Shown: one piece after another, positions 63,330-64,000 of the stretch
Numbering within the stretch: the first letter of the stretch is position 1
Layout: the number at the start of each line of letters is the position of its first letter
Program-made: the position numbers and the translations under genes
Notes under the pieces: generated by a model
What the model was told of the DNA's origin: nothing
Seen by the model: the letters and a program-made list of their open reading frames with translations, nothing else
The model's database searches: none
Assembly: GCA_023954155.1 (NCBI GenBank)
Contig: JAMLIO010000008.1
Coordinates: 5,229-69,228, forward strand
DNA length: 64,000 nt
Reading direction: 5' to 3'
Source: Pseudobdellovibrionaceae bacterium
GTDB taxonomy: Bacteria; Bdellovibrionota; Bdellovibrionia; Bdellovibrionales; UBA1609

Positions 63330-64000
63330 TGGAATTTATAGCAAGCATGTCAGAAGCATTTGTAAAAGGTGGATTTTGGATGTGGGTGATTTTAGGTCTT
63401 CAATTAGGATCTTATGCCATCATCATCGAACGAACCATCTTTTTATACAGAAAAAGTAAAATTGGACAAAGAAAGCTTGTAGACAACTACGAGAAAGACA
63501 TCAGAACTGGACGCTTAAATGAAGTCAAGGATGCTGCGCAAAAAACAGAAGAGCCTGTTGGCCAAGTTGTTGCTGCGGGTGTTGAAGCGGCTATCAACTG
63601 GGGTGGTAAAGATGAGATTCGTGGTAAAATGGACGAAGTGCTTTTGGATACCAACTCTCAATATGAAAAGCGCACAAACTTCCTAGCCATGCTTGCTAAC
63701 GTTGCCACTCTAACAGGTCTACTTGGAACCATCACAGGGATGATTAAGTCATTTACTGCGGTATCTACTGCAAGCCCTATGGAAAAAGCAGTTCTACTTT
63801 CTTCAGGTATTTCTGAAGCGATGAACACAACAGCTTATGGTCTGATTGTGGCGATTCCAGCTCTTGTCGCTTTTGCGATCTTAGCTAACAGAGGAAACCA
63901 ATTGTCTGAAGATTTAAACCAGGCTTCATTAAAAGTTTATAACTGGTTGAGCTACTCTTATGATCCAGCAGAAAGAGCTGTTGGCATTGATGCTCCTAAA
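63330..64000 (+). CDS. MotA/TolQ/ExbB proton-channel family protein (3' end outside the window)
   Basis: It is absent from the ORF track because no stop falls in the window. ATG at 63330 is preceded by GAGGGGA. It translates to MEFIASMSEAFVKGGFWMWVILGLQLGSYAIIIERTIFLY...LANVATLTGLLGTITGMI...AMNTTAYGLIVAIPALVAF. Confidence 0.75.

Noticed and set aside
1-64000. CRISPR arrays, rRNA, prophage, IS elements, toxin-antitoxin or known defence systems
   Set aside because: I saw no regularly spaced short direct repeats and no transposase, integrase, phage structural or recognisable defence-gene motifs anywhere in the window. I could not run searches, so this remains a negative call from reading alone.

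Overview
Gene-dense 64-kb chromosomal window with about 55 CDS, one tRNA-Leu, and no rRNA, CRISPR array, integrase or transposase. Most of it is housekeeping. It holds trpS (5'-truncated), hisS, queG, cca, mutS, glnD, hflX, maeB, fadI/fadJ, a heptose kinase, and a 3'-truncated exbB/tolQ-like gene.

Three functional clusters stand out:
- An almost complete heme pathway lies on one strand (hemB-hemA-hemC/D-hemL-[HK-RR]-hemE-hemN-hemY-hemH, 21.0-32.3 kb). A two-component system is translationally coupled inside it.
- A kynurenine-pathway neighbourhood contains a bcp fusion with kynB, and a threonine-aldolase-like gene with kynA. No kynureninase is visible.
- A murein-recycling trio is present (ldcA, a class-C beta-lactamase-like hydrolase, mpl).

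Many signal-peptide proteins are interspersed: a trypsin-like protease, an astacin, an S33 hydrolase, an EEP nuclease and several Cys-rich unknowns. This resembles a Bdellovibrio-like predatory lineage, but that assignment is inference only.

The most unusual signals are:
1. Two copies of a ~145-nt rod-like hairpin element (17453-17597 and 33651-33791). Their 75-nt core is 92% identical, while the 32/33-bp outer arms have diverged yet remain perfectly complementary within each copy.
2. A ~6.35-kb lipoprotein adhesin gene built from ~300-aa three-domain super-repeats. It is split by a single in-frame TGA exactly where five paralogous repeats have Gly.
3. A Bcp peroxiredoxin with a ~130-aa histone-H1-like Lys/Ala tail.
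4. An EEP / GNAT / small secreted protein / HExxH / ATP-grasp gene string.

I did not recognise a canonical defence or mobile system. All calls come from reading motifs by eye, and no searches were run.
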